In this document: positions 40,911 to 50,274 of the stretch, piece after piece
Numbering within the stretch: the stretch's first letter is position 1
Layout: each line of letters starts with the position of its first letter
From: Planctomycetota bacterium
Lineage (GTDB): Bacteria > Planctomycetota > UBA1135 > UBA2386
Direction: 5' to 3'
Assembly: GCA_965228735.1 (NCBI GenBank)
Contig: OZ245838.1
Location: forward strand, 6,400,001-6,464,000
Length of the DNA: 64,000 bases
Translations under genes and position numbers: made by a program
The notes under the pieces: generated by a model
Seen by the model: the letters and a program-made list of their open reading frames with translations, nothing else
What the model was told of the DNA's origin: nothing
Databases searched by the model: none

Positions 40911-42311
40911 ATGAACTCTGATCGGTTGAAGATTGATCGGGTGAAGGGGGCCGGCCGATCGGCGGTTGTTCAGGTGAGTCTGATCACCGCCTTACTGGCG
41001 CAGGGTAGCGCGCCGGTCGAGCGCTCGGGCGATGTGTTTCGGCTCGTGTTCCACGCGGCCGACCTGCCAGAAGACGTGGCCGCGTCGCTCGCCGACGCCG
41101 CGAGCGCGCGACTGGAGGCGTTCTCCGAGCACGTCCGCAAGTTCTGTGGCGTGCGCGGTCGGGGGGCGCAGACGATCCACCTCTACCGTGACCTCGGAGA
41201 ATACGGAAAGGCGGCGAACGAGGTGCGGGCGCGTCGGTTCCCCGGGTCGGGCTACGTCGATGACGGCGTCGGTCACGTGGTCCTGTTCCCGACTCTGTCG
41301 CCCGAGGTCATTCGCGGCCTCGGTCGGCTCGGCATCGACTTGCCTCAGACGACTCGCAACGCCCTGCTGCGGGTCGCGGCGGAGCTGCAGATCGCGCCCG
41401 CGGTTCCGAAGGCCGACGCCGGCCACTGGATGCTCAACGCGCTCGTGATGGGCGCCGTCGACTCGGCGGTCAATCCGAAACGCGAGCTGGGCGTCGACTT
41501 CGAGTTCGATCTACGGCGGATGGCGATGACGCAGATGCTGGCAGACGGGCATTCGTTGAGCATTGCCGATCTGAAGCGACCGCCGACGGGGCAGCGCGAG
41601 GAGAACGACTGGATCTGGCGGAATCACTACGCCGCGCTCGTAGCGGCGGTGTGCGAGGACAAGTCCTCGCGCTGGGCGCGGCGCTTCCTGCGATACAAGT
41701 TCAAGCCGCCGCGCGGTGGTCACGATCTGACTCAGCACTTTCGCCATGGCGCTCTCGAGGCCGTGCTCGGTCGCGACATGGCGAAGGCGGAGTTGCGACT
41801 CGGTGAGGTGCTGGCGCGGCCGGGCCCCACGTGGCAGGCGTCCATGCCGTTCGCTGAGCAGCACGGTAGCAAGTGGATCCTGGCGGGGGGCGGCGAGAAC
41901 GGGCTGGCGTTCGTCCGGAGTGTCGCGGAGTTGCCCGAACTCGACTACTTCATCGCGGGGCGCTTCGAGCTCGGTGCCGGCGTGAAGAATCAGGTCCAGG
42001 TCACGTTCGGCTACGACGGCAAGACCACGATGGCGGTTCTGATGTCGGCAGGTGGCGTCCGGGTCAGCGAGTTCGGGCACGAGAGCGGGAAGTGGCGCCG
42101 GCTCGCCGCCGGCGTCGCGCCGATCGAAGACGGGGAGCCGTTCGATCTCCGGATCGAGCTCGATCGTCGCGAGCTCCGGGTCCTGGTCGGCGGCGACATC
42201 GTGTGCCGGTGGCGGCGCACGGCGCGGGCGATGCACGGCCTCGTGTCGATCGGAGCGCAGGAACGCATCGTCATCGTCGAGGATCTGCAGTTCGGCAAGC
42301 TCGGCCAGTGA
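40911..42311 (+). CDS. hypothetical exported protein; degenerate peptidase-MA-like region plus C-terminal beta-sandwich
   Basis: Hydrophobic N-terminal segment, a gluzincin-like scaffold without HExxH and a lectin-like C-terminus (FDLRIELD..ELRVLVGG...GLVSIG). Confidence 0.55.
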   Translation: MNSDRLKIDRVKGAGRSAVVQVSLITALLAQGSAPVERSGDVFRLVFHAADLPEDVAASLADAASARLEAFSEHVRKFCGVRGRGAQTIHLYRDLGEYGKAANEVRARRFPGSGYVDDGVGHVVLFPTLSPEVIRGLGRLGIDLPQTTRNALLRVAAELQIAPAVPKADAGHWMLNALVMGAVDSAVNPKRELGVDFEFDLRRMAMTQMLADGHSLSIADLKRPPTGQREENDWIWRNHYAALVAAVCEDKSSRWARRFLRYKFKPPRGGHDLTQHFRHGALEAVLGRDMAKAELRLGEVLARPGPTWQASMPFAEQHGSKWILAGGGENGLAFVRSVAELPELDYFIAGRFELGAGVKNQVQVTFGYDGKTTMAVLMSAGGVRVSEFGHESGKWRRLAAGVAPIEDGEPFDLRIELDRRELRVLVGGDIVCRWRRTARAMHGLVSIGAQERIVIVEDLQFGKLGQ

Positions 42312-42355
42312 GACAAGCGTGAACCGCGGCTGGCGGGTTCGGTATGGTCGCGGCG

Positions 42356-43558
42356 ATGGCCGCGGTTCCGTCTCACCTGCTCGCATCCGGTCGCTGGCGC
42401 GTGCTGCTGTTCTGCTGGCTCGGTTGGGTCTTCGACTTCTATGACCTGATCCTGTTCGCGTTCACCAAGCGCACGATCGGAGCCGAGCTCGGTCTCGATG
42501 CGATGGCGGTCGGCTGGGTCGAGGGTTGGTCGCTGCTCGCGACGGCGATCGGCGCGCTCTGCGCGGGGCGGATCGCGGATCGGGTCGGACGGCGGCAGGG
42601 CATGGTGTTCTCGATCGTGCTGTTCTCGCTCGGGGCGCTGCTGACCGGCGCGGCGAGCGGGTTCTGGTCGCTGTTCGTCGCGCGCTTCGTCACGGGGCTC
42701 GGTGTCGGCGGCGAATGGGGGATCGGGCACGCGGTCGTCGCGGAGCACTGGGCGGGCAGGGACCGGGATCGCGTGCACGGCATCTTGCAGGCCGGCAGCC
42801 CGGTCGCGATGGCGGGCGCGGCGGCCGTCGGTTGCTTCCTCGCGCCGTTGCCCGAGGTCGGCTGGCGCGCCGTGTTCTACGGCTCGGCCGGGTTGGCCGT
42901 GCTCGCGTTCGCCGCGCGGTGGGCGATGCCCGGGCCGGACCGCGCCGTCGAACGCGCTGCACCGATGCCGGTCATGGCGTTGTTCCGGGCGCCGCACCTG
43001 CGCGTCAGTCTCGCTCTGCTCGCGGTGCTGTCGCTGCACATGGCCGGGTTCTGGTGCGTCTACGCCGAGATCCCCGCCGCGCTCATGCAGCAGCACCGCG
43101 TGCCCGTGCAGGAGGTCGGCTGGTATCAGATCAAGGTCAACGCGGTGCACGTCTTGGCCGACGTCGCGTTCGGGTTCCTCGCGGCGCGCCTCGGTCGCAT
43201 CCGCGTGTTCGTCGCGTTCTGCCTCGTGTTCGCGGCAGGCCACTGGCTCGTGCTGCAGTCGCTCGGCGCGATCGCTGCCGACTTCTCGACGTTCACCGTC
43301 GTCATCGCCGCGATGGGGCTCGGTGCCGGCACGTGGTCGTGCTTCGGCGCGCTGTTCGGTGAACACTACCCCGTGGCGCTGCGCGCGACGGCCGCGGCGC
43401 TGTTCTACGCCCTCGCGCGCTCCGTGCAGTTGCCGCTCAAGCCGGCGATCGGCACGGCGATCGAATCGCACGGGCTCGCGCCCGCTTTGTGGGTGGGCAT
43501 CGCCTGCGCGCTGTTGTCTGCAGTTGCGGTGCTGCTACTGCCCCGGCGCGGGGTCTGA
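42356..43558 (+). CDS. MFS transporter (sialate/carboxylate:H+ symporter-like)
   Basis: WLGWVFDFYD, GRIADRVGRR, RFVTGLGVGGEW and EHYPVALRATA. Start at 42356 (alternative 42344). Confidence 0.9.
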   Translation: MAAVPSHLLASGRWRVLLFCWLGWVFDFYDLILFAFTKRTIGAELGLDAMAVGWVEGWSLLATAIGALCAGRIADRVGRRQGMVFSIVLFSLGALLTGAASGFWSLFVARFVTGLGVGGEWGIGHAVVAEHWAGRDRDRVHGILQAGSPVAMAGAAAVGCFLAPLPEVGWRAVFYGSAGLAVLAFAARWAMPGPDRAVERAAPMPVMALFRAPHLRVSLALLAVLSLHMAGFWCVYAEIPAALMQQHRVPVQEVGWYQIKVNAVHVLADVAFGFLAARLGRIRVFVAFCLVFAAGHWLVLQSLGAIAADFSTFTVVIAAMGLGAGTWSCFGALFGEHYPVALRATAAALFYALARSVQLPLKPAIGTAIESHGLAPALWVGIACALLSAVAVLLLPRRGV

Positions 43559-44752
43559 GGCTTCCTCGGCCTCTCGGTCGCGGAAGAGCAGCACGAACAA
43601 CACGAGAATCGCGAGGGCGCCGATGCACGGCCAAAACCAGATCGTCGCCCAGTCGGTCGCCGCCTCGGTCTTGTTGTTCTCGACGAGGCGGAACATGATC
43701 TGCGCGCCGAGGAACATGCCGAGTCCCTGCGTGATCCACACGAGCAGACTCTGCGCCTGACCGCGGATCTGCGCCCGCGCCTTGCGGTCGACGTAGATCT
43801 GACCCGTCACGAAGAAGAAGTCGTAGCAGATGCCGTGGAGCAGGATGCCAGAGAGCACCATCCACGCGATCGGTGTCTCGCCCGCACCGCCCGACCACAG
43901 GCCGTAGCGCAGCACCCACGCCGCCATGCCGACGGCGAGCATCCACTTCACGCCGAGCCGCGCGAAGAACAAGGGCATCACGAGCATGAAGCCGACCTCG
44001 GCCCATTGGCCGAACGTCATGTAGAAGCCGGGTTCTTCCCAGACGGTGCCCGCGAACTGGTTGCCGTAGCTGTAGTAGCCCGCGAGCGGGATGCAGATCA
44101 GGAACGAACACAGGAGGAAGACGACGAACGCCGGTTGCTTGAAGAGCTCGAGTGCACCCAGACCGAGGGTCTCACTCAGCGAGACCTGTTTGCCGGCCGC
44201 TGGCGGCGGGGTATGGGGAAGCAGGAAGCACAGGACGCCCATCGCGATCGAGCTGTAGCCGGCGACGGAGAACATCACGGCGTCCGTGTCGGCGCCGAGT
44301 CCCTTGCTGACCAACGTGACCGCGGCGATCCAACCGAGCGTGCCGAAGACTCGCGCGAGCGGGAACTGCTTCTCGGGGTTGTCGATGTGCGCGAACGCGA
44401 CCGTATTCGTCAGGCCGAGCGTCGGCATGTAGCACAGCATGTAGGCGAAGATCAGCCACTCGAACTGCGCTGCGTCGCCGGCAGCCGTGACGCTGGGTAC
44501 GTAGAACATGATGCCGCCGCCGATGAGATGCATCGCGGCCAGCACGATCTGCGACGGGAAGTAGCGGTCCGCGATCAGTCCGAGGAAGAGCGGCGAGATC
44601 ATCGCGGCGATCGGGCCGGCGGAGTAGACCCAGCCGGTCGTCGCGTCGGTCCACCCGAGCTCCGGAACCAAAGTCCCGGCCGTCACGTACCAGCTCCCCC
44701 AGACGAAGAACTGCAGGAACATCATCGCGCAGAGCAGCGGGAACTTCGGCAT
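43535..44752 (-). CDS. nucleoside:H+ symporter (NupG/XapB family MFS)
   Basis: MMFLQFFVWGSW, GLIADRYF, YMPTLGLTN, RVFGTLGWI and LHGICYDFFFVTGQIYVD. Confidence 0.92.
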   Translation of the reverse strand: MPKFPLLCAMMFLQFFVWGSWYVTAGTLVPELGWTDATTGWVYSAGPIAAMISPLFLGLIADRYFPSQIVLAAMHLIGGGIMFYVPSVTAAGDAAQFEWLIFAYMLCYMPTLGLTNTVAFAHIDNPEKQFPLARVFGTLGWIAAVTLVSKGLGADTDAVMFSVAGYSSIAMGVLCFLLPHTPPPAAGKQVSLSETLGLGALELFKQPAFVVFLLCSFLICIPLAGYYSYGNQFAGTVWEEPGFYMTFGQWAEVGFMLVMPLFFARLGVKWMLAVGMAAWVLRYGLWSGGAGETPIAWMVLSGILLHGICYDFFFVTGQIYVDRKARAQIRGQAQSLLVWITQGLGMFLGAQIMFRLVENNKTEAATDWATIWFWPCIGALAILVLFVLLFRDREAEEASDPAPGQ

Positions 44753-44795
44753 GGGCGGGGATTCTGGCCCCGACAGCACTTCGACTCCAGCGCGC

Positions 44796-46613
44796 TTACG
44801 CGTTCGCCGTCGAATCCGCCGGCTCGACGCGGGTGTCGATCGGGCGGTCGCGGCGCGAGAGGCGCAGGGTGAAACGCGCGCCGCCGCCGTCGCGATCCTG
44901 GTAGTCGATCGTGCCGCCGTGCGCGAGGGCGACCTCCATGGCGATGCGCAGACCGATGCCGATGCCCTGCGGCTTGTCGACGAGCACGTCGCCGCCCTGG
45001 GTGAACTCCTCGAAGATGCGGCTCTGGTCGGCCTCCGGGATGCCCGGGCCGCGATCGAGGATCTCGATCGCGACATCGTCCTCGGCCGGTGTGACACGGA
45101 TCTCGACGACGCCGTCCTTCGGGCTCCATTGCCACGCGTTGTGCAACACGTGGTAGATGGCGTCGGTCACGCGCTCCCGGTCGGCGCTCAGGTGGACGGC
45201 GGCGGCCTCGAGCCGCCACTCGATCGGTTTGAGCTGCAACACTCCGGCGAGGCGCGACCGCGCGTTGCGGCAGAGCTCGACGACGTCGACGTTGCTCACC
45301 GTCCACTCCGTGCGGTCGCTCGCGAGGCTCGCATACTCGAGCGCGTCGCTGATGCGCGTGCCGAGCCGTGCGGCCTGTTCGAGGATCGTGCCGAGGAACT
45401 CGGTGCGGTCTTCCGACGAGGCGCTGTCGCCGAACTCCTGCAGCATCTCGGCGGACGTCTGGATGCCCGTGAGCGGGGTGCGTAGCTCGTGGCTGATCGA
45501 CATCAGGAAGCCGTCCTTGGCGCGGTTGGCCGCTTCCGCGCGCACTGCCTTGTCCGCGGCCTCATCGAACAGTCTCTGCATCGTCGTCGCCATCGTGTTG
45601 AACGACTCGCCGAGACGGCCGACCTCGTCCTGGCTGTCGATCTTCACGCGGGCGCCGAGGTCACCCATCGCCAGCTGCTTGTTCGCCAGCACGAGTCGCC
45701 GCAGCGGCTGGCTCAACCGCCGCGCCGTGCGCGACGCGAACCACAGGCCGAAGAGCGTGACGATCGCACCGAGCGCGAGCAGGTAGAGGATCGCTTCGTC
45801 GCGCAGTTGCACGATCGCATCGACGTCGTGCGGCAAGAACGTGATGATGCCTTCGTTCGTGAGCCGGATCGCGAGTCCGGGCCGCGATTGGCCGTCCACC
45901 TCGATGCTCGCCGTCCGCCCGGCCGGCGGCAGATCGCCGTGCCGGAGCGTCGCGAGCTCGTCGATCAGAAGATCCGTTGGGCTGTGTCTGAGCCAGACCT
46001 GACCCGCGAGCCGGCCCTCGTGCATGAGCACGAGGTCGTTGCCGATGCCGCTGCCGAGCGTGCCGGCGAACGCGTCGTCGACCGGGATGCCGCGAACGAG
46101 CACCGCGGCGACCGCGTCGTCGGCAACGATCGGCGCGAGGCCGGCAAACATCAACGTGGCGCCGTCGTGCCATAGGTGAACACTCGGGGTCCCCGTCAGC
46201 GCGGCTTCGACGCCCGGCCAGTTCGACATGTCCGCTGCGATCGCGAACGACGCGTTGCGACGGCCACGGACCTGCCCCTTGTCGTCGAGCACGACGAGCG
46301 CCTGGTCGGGTCCGCCATCACTCTGGATCGCGTCGAAGCCGTCCTCGAGCGTTGCCTGGTCGACCCCTTCGATGCTGGCGAGGGCCGTGAGCAGCGGTGT
46401 CTGCGCGAGGAAGTCGGTCTCTTCGCGCAGGTCGACGCGGAGGCGTTCGATCGCGCGGCCGAGGTTGCGGTGCCCTTCGGCGACGCTGTTGTCGACCTCG
46501 CGGGCGGCGAAGTCGTTGATGCGGCCCACGAACACGGCAGCCGCGACCGCGACGAAGCCCGCGATGAGCGTCGTCGTTCCGAGGACCAGGCGGCCGCGCA
46601 GATCGAGCTGCAT
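44796..46613 (-). CDS. membrane sensor histidine kinase (Cache-like periplasmic domain, HAMP, HisKA, HATPase)
   Basis: Two TM helices, HAMP (DEVGRLGESFNTM), SHELRTPL, DRGPGI and GIGIGL. Confidence 0.92.
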   Translation of the reverse strand: MQLDLRGRLVLGTTTLIAGFVAVAAAVFVGRINDFAAREVDNSVAEGHRNLGRAIERLRVDLREETDFLAQTPLLTALASIEGVDQATLEDGFDAIQSDGGPDQALVVLDDKGQVRGRRNASFAIAADMSNWPGVEAALTGTPSVHLWHDGATLMFAGLAPIVADDAVAAVLVRGIPVDDAFAGTLGSGIGNDLVLMHEGRLAGQVWLRHSPTDLLIDELATLRHGDLPPAGRTASIEVDGQSRPGLAIRLTNEGIITFLPHDVDAIVQLRDEAILYLLALGAIVTLFGLWFASRTARRLSQPLRRLVLANKQLAMGDLGARVKIDSQDEVGRLGESFNTMATTMQRLFDEAADKAVRAEAANRAKDGFLMSISHELRTPLTGIQTSAEMLQEFGDSASSEDRTEFLGTILEQAARLGTRISDALEYASLASDRTEWTVSNVDVVELCRNARSRLAGVLQLKPIEWRLEAAAVHLSADRERVTDAIYHVLHNAWQWSPKDGVVEIRVTPAEDDVAIEILDRGPGIPEADQSRIFEEFTQGGDVLVDKPQGIGIGLRIAMEVALAHGGTIDYQDRDGGGARFTLRLSRRDRPIDTRVEPADSTANA

Positions 46614-46614
46614 C

Positions 46615-47595
46615 TCAGTACTTCTTGCGGTAGCGCTTGCCGTGCTTGTTGGTGTGCTGCACGCGCGCTCGGGTCTCCCGGACGGTGAGCGGCACTACCT
46701 GCGCGATCCCGTCATGGACTTCGATCGTCGTCGGCGGTGGCATGCCGAGCGCATGCCAGACGCGGAGCCGATAGCGCCCGTCCGGGACGTCCGGAATGGC
46801 CCAGTAGCCGCGCTCGTCGGTCACCGTGGCGCGGTCGTTCTCGAGAACGAGCACGCTGGCCGACATCTGCGGGTGGATGTTGCAGTGCACCTTGACGAGA
46901 CCGGCCCGGTCCATCGCGACCTCCTTCGACCTGCCCTTGCCGTAGGTGCCGAGGTCGAACGCCTTGGTCTTGGACTTGCTGAAGACGTTGTGGAACACCA
47001 CGTCGTCGTTGGGGAAGCGCACGACGGTGCCGCGCGTCACCGTGAGCACGCGCGGCGCGAACTGGCGGCCCTGCTGGGAGATAACCGGCTTGCGGGCGGC
47101 GGGGGGCGACGGCGGCAGCGCGTCACCTTCGAGGAACACCACGACGCCGCCGCGATCCTCGTGGGCAGCGCCGTCGCGCGCGAGCAACTCGATGCGACCG
47201 TGCAGCGCGTTGCCCCGGTTGGGGAACAGGCCGCGGGCGGCGTTGTCGTCGCGGACCTCGAGATGACAGCTCGTGCAGGCCCGCCGCAGCAGCGCGAAGT
47301 CGTGCCGCCGCAGCGCGGCATCGGGCGCGCTCCCGAGCGCGCGAGCGCGGTCCCTCACAGCCGTGAGCCAGCGCGTCCCGCCCGGGCCGAACCGAGCCGC
47401 GCCGGCCAGCCCGCTCGCCGTGTCCACGATCTTCGCCGTCGCCGCGGGGTTCGTCGTGTCGCGGTCGAGCGCGCGCTCGAGCTCCTGCACGGCCGTCGCG
47501 AACGCCTGCATCGCCGCCGTGGTCGACGGCGCCTCCTGCGCGCTCGCGGCGCCGGCCACGCCGAGCAGCGCCATTGCGCGCGCGAACGCCCGCAT
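46615..47595 (-). CDS. periplasmic fusion of a class II cytochrome c-like domain and a cupredoxin (MauL-like) domain
   Basis: Signal peptide, a helical ~95-aa domain ending in CTSCH (47263-47277), then FPNDDVVFHNVFS...CNIHPQM (46864-46884) and GRYRLRVWH. Confidence 0.82.
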   Translation of the reverse strand: MRAFARAMALLGVAGAASAQEAPSTTAAMQAFATAVQELERALDRDTTNPAATAKIVDTASGLAGAARFGPGGTRWLTAVRDRARALGSAPDAALRRHDFALLRRACTSCHLEVRDDNAARGLFPNRGNALHGRIELLARDGAAHEDRGGVVVFLEGDALPPSPPAARKPVISQQGRQFAPRVLTVTRGTVVRFPNDDVVFHNVFSKSKTKAFDLGTYGKGRSKEVAMDRAGLVKVHCNIHPQMSASVLVLENDRATVTDERGYWAIPDVPDGRYRLRVWHALGMPPPTTIEVHDGIAQVVPLTVRETRARVQHTNKHGKRYRKKY

Positions 47596-47597
47596 CG

Positions 47598-48860
47598 TCA
47601 GAACGCCAGGACCAGTTCGGCGGCAACGAACTTCCGCGTGTCGTCCGCGAGGCCGCTGAGGTCGGTCGCGCGCGCGTGGTCGAAGCCGACCTCGAACTTG
47701 CCGAGCAGGCCGGGCGCGAACGTCCGGACGACGCCCGCGGATACGCGTTCGGCCTGCATGAGATCGAACCCGTAGCTCGCCATGCCGTTGAAGTAGGGCT
47801 GGCCCTCGAACTGGTAGCCCTCCTGCGAATCGAACGTGCTCACGCCGCTGTAGCGCAGCGCCACCGTCCAGTCCTCGTTGAGCACGACGGACGGCTCGAC
47901 GATCCAGAACCCGAACTCGCGGTCGAACTGGTCACCGATGTCGTTGATCTGGCAGCCGCCGAGCTGCCACTGCAGCTGGAAGCTCTCCGATGGTTGCCAG
48001 ATGCCGTCGAACGCGCCGACGAGCGCATCGATGTCGGTGCTCGGGCTGGCGCCGCCCGCGCCGCCGCCGACCGGCGTCAGCACATTGCCGCCGAAGCACA
48101 GGGCCGTCGCCGGAGTGTTCTGCACCCAGTGGCAGCTCGCGCTGAGGTACAGCGACTCGCAGGGCTCGGCCCAGAGCTTGCCGGTCAGCGCCGGTGAGAT
48201 GCCCGTGCTCGACTGCCGGTCGTAGGTGCCTTCGGTGAACGAGAACACCCAGCCGCAGTCCCCGAGGTCCTCGAAGAGCTGGATGCCTTCGTCCCAACGA
48301 TAGGTCGTGGGCAACGGGATGCTGACGAGCCGGTTCCGCGGCGCGTCCTCGAGGAAGTAGTACTCCCCGAACGGCAGGTTGAAGCGTCCGGCCTTGAGGC
48401 CGACAGCGCCGTCGCCGTTCTCGTCGCCGAAGCCGAACGGATCGTGGAGCTGCAGATAGACCTCGTTCACGCCGACGCCGTTGGCGTCGTTGTCACGGAA
48501 CCAGTCCCACTCGACCTCGACGACGACCGTGCCGGTGTCGCGCAGTTCGGCCTGGAAGAACATCAGCGCCTGCTGCACACCGAGCGCACCATCGGGGTAG
48601 TTGCCGGTGTCGTCCGTCTGCATGTAGCGCGACGCGAGGAAGCCGTAGACCTCGAAGCGCTCGAACCAGCGGTCGAGGCCCTGCTGGACCTGACCCGCGG
48701 CTTCGCCCATGTCCGCGAACGACTCGTCGGAGAGGTCGATGCCGCCGTCGGTCGGCGGGTCCTGCGCCAGCGCCGGCGCGGCGAGAAGCAGGACGGGAAC
48801 GAGCGCTCGCAGCGCACCGAAGCGGCTCGCGCATCCGCGGAAGGGAGTAGGGGGAACCAT
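47598..48860 (-). CDS. outer-membrane beta-barrel (porin-like)
   Basis: Signal peptide ending ALAQ, alternating aromatic strands, NEVYLQ..LKAGRFNLPFGE and C-terminal ELVLAF with terminal Phe. Confidence 0.8.
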   Translation of the reverse strand: MVPPTPFRGCASRFGALRALVPVLLLAAPALAQDPPTDGGIDLSDESFADMGEAAGQVQQGLDRWFERFEVYGFLASRYMQTDDTGNYPDGALGVQQALMFFQAELRDTGTVVVEVEWDWFRDNDANGVGVNEVYLQLHDPFGFGDENGDGAVGLKAGRFNLPFGEYYFLEDAPRNRLVSIPLPTTYRWDEGIQLFEDLGDCGWVFSFTEGTYDRQSSTGISPALTGKLWAEPCESLYLSASCHWVQNTPATALCFGGNVLTPVGGGAGGASPSTDIDALVGAFDGIWQPSESFQLQWQLGGCQINDIGDQFDREFGFWIVEPSVVLNEDWTVALRYSGVSTFDSQEGYQFEGQPYFNGMASYGFDLMQAERVSAGVVRTFAPGLLGKFEVGFDHARATDLSGLADDTRKFVAAELVLAF

Positions 48861-48992
48861 GGAACGGTGTCCGGCTCATCGGCCGCGAGCCGCCGCGGGC
48901 TTGAAGCCCATGCGAACGAACGTTCGCGCTCGGCCGTCCGGGTCGTCGGTGCCGCCGGGCCCCGGAGGTTCCCCTGCGCTAGACGGGGACCA

Positions 48993-50072
48993 CTAGCCGC
49001 CGTAGTAGCGACCGAAGCGGTTCTTGAGGAACGCCTCGTAGTCGACGCTCTCCATCCGCAGGAAGCCGCTCTCCGGCAGCTTGCCGTCGCGCAGCAGGTC
49101 GACGATGCCCGTGACGCCGGCCGCGGTCGTGATCTGGATGCCGCTCCAGTTCTCGCCGTCGATCTCCTGGTGGTAGATCGTCTTGGCGTAGGTCCGTTCG
49201 GTGAGCCGCCCCTTGTACTGCCCGGTCGCGCTCACGTAGATCACGATCTGATCCTGGAACGTGGCCGGCAGCGCGCGCTCGAAGATCGCGCGCAGTTCGT
49301 CCTGGTGGTCCTGCATCTGCAGGTCGAGCAGCAGCAGCTTGAGCAGCTCGCAGTGGCCGGGGTAGCGGATCGTCTTGTAGTTGACGTTCTTCACCCGGTC
49401 CTTGAGCGTGATCGCGAGCGTGCCGAGGCCGCCCGACGTGTTGAACGCCTCGTACTCGACGCCGTCGATCGTCAGCCTTTCGAGCTGCTCGAGCGGTGGC
49501 ACGGTCGTCAGCTCACCGTTCTCGACGGATTCGCACGGATTGCAGTACTCGTTGATCAACCCCTCCGTGCTCCACGTGAGGTTGTACTTCAGGCGGTTGC
49601 TCGGGAACCGCGGCAGCGCACCGACGCGCAGGTTGAGGTCCGTGACCTCGGTCATCGACTTCATCAGGTGGTTGGCCACGATCGTGATGAAGCCCGGCGC
49701 GAGGCCGCACTGCGGGGCGAACAGCGTGTTGGCGCCGTCGGCGAGGTCCTTGACCTGCTGCGTGACCGCGACGTCTTCCGTGAGGTCGAAGTAGTGGACA
49801 CCGTTTTCTTTCGCGCGCTGCGCGATCAGCGGGTTGCAGTGGTACGGCGCGCAGCTGATCACGGCCCAGGCGCCGTCGAGGATCGCGTCGAGGCTCTCGG
49901 CACTCTCGAAGTCGACCACCTGACCCGTGACGTTGTCGTACTTGTCGTTGAGGAACGACACGGCCGGCTCGGCCACGTCGCCGACGCGGACGCGGTAGTC
50001 GCCCGACTTGGCCATGAGGTGACAGACCATGCGGCCGATCTTGCCGGCGCCGAGGATGACGAGTTCGTGCAT
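48993..50072 (-). CDS. saccharopine dehydrogenase family / lysine 6-dehydrogenase
   Basis: LGAGKIG, HYFDLTEDV, PQCGLAPGF, YNLTWSTEGLINEY, AFNTSGG and YKTIRYPGH. Confidence 0.9.
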   Translation of the reverse strand: MHELVILGAGKIGRMVCHLMAKSGDYRVRVGDVAEPAVSFLNDKYDNVTGQVVDFESAESLDAILDGAWAVISCAPYHCNPLIAQRAKENGVHYFDLTEDVAVTQQVKDLADGANTLFAPQCGLAPGFITIVANHLMKSMTEVTDLNLRVGALPRFPSNRLKYNLTWSTEGLINEYCNPCESVENGELTTVPPLEQLERLTIDGVEYEAFNTSGGLGTLAITLKDRVKNVNYKTIRYPGHCELLKLLLLDLQMQDHQDELRAIFERALPATFQDQIVIYVSATGQYKGRLTERTYAKTIYHQEIDGENWSGIQITTAAGVTGIVDLLRDGKLPESGFLRMESVDYEAFLKNRFGRYYGG

Positions 50073-50274
50073 TGCAGTTCTGCGTTCGGGCCTGCGCGCC
50101 GGCGCGAACGACCGTTCGCGCGAGGGCCAGGCCGGGGTTCTGGGCGAAGCATTGTTCGGATCGCAACCCGCGGGCGCAAGGCCGGTACGGGGATTCGCGC
50201 GCGGGCTTGCCGACTGCCGTCGAACGGCCGGTGGCAGGGTCGCTACGCGTCTGCCGCGGCGCTGCCGTGCCGCT

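Noticed and set aside
43535..43558. 24-bp convergent overlap of two MFS genes as antisense regulation
   Set aside because: Short tail-to-tail overlaps are common in compact GC-rich genomes, and there is no further evidence.
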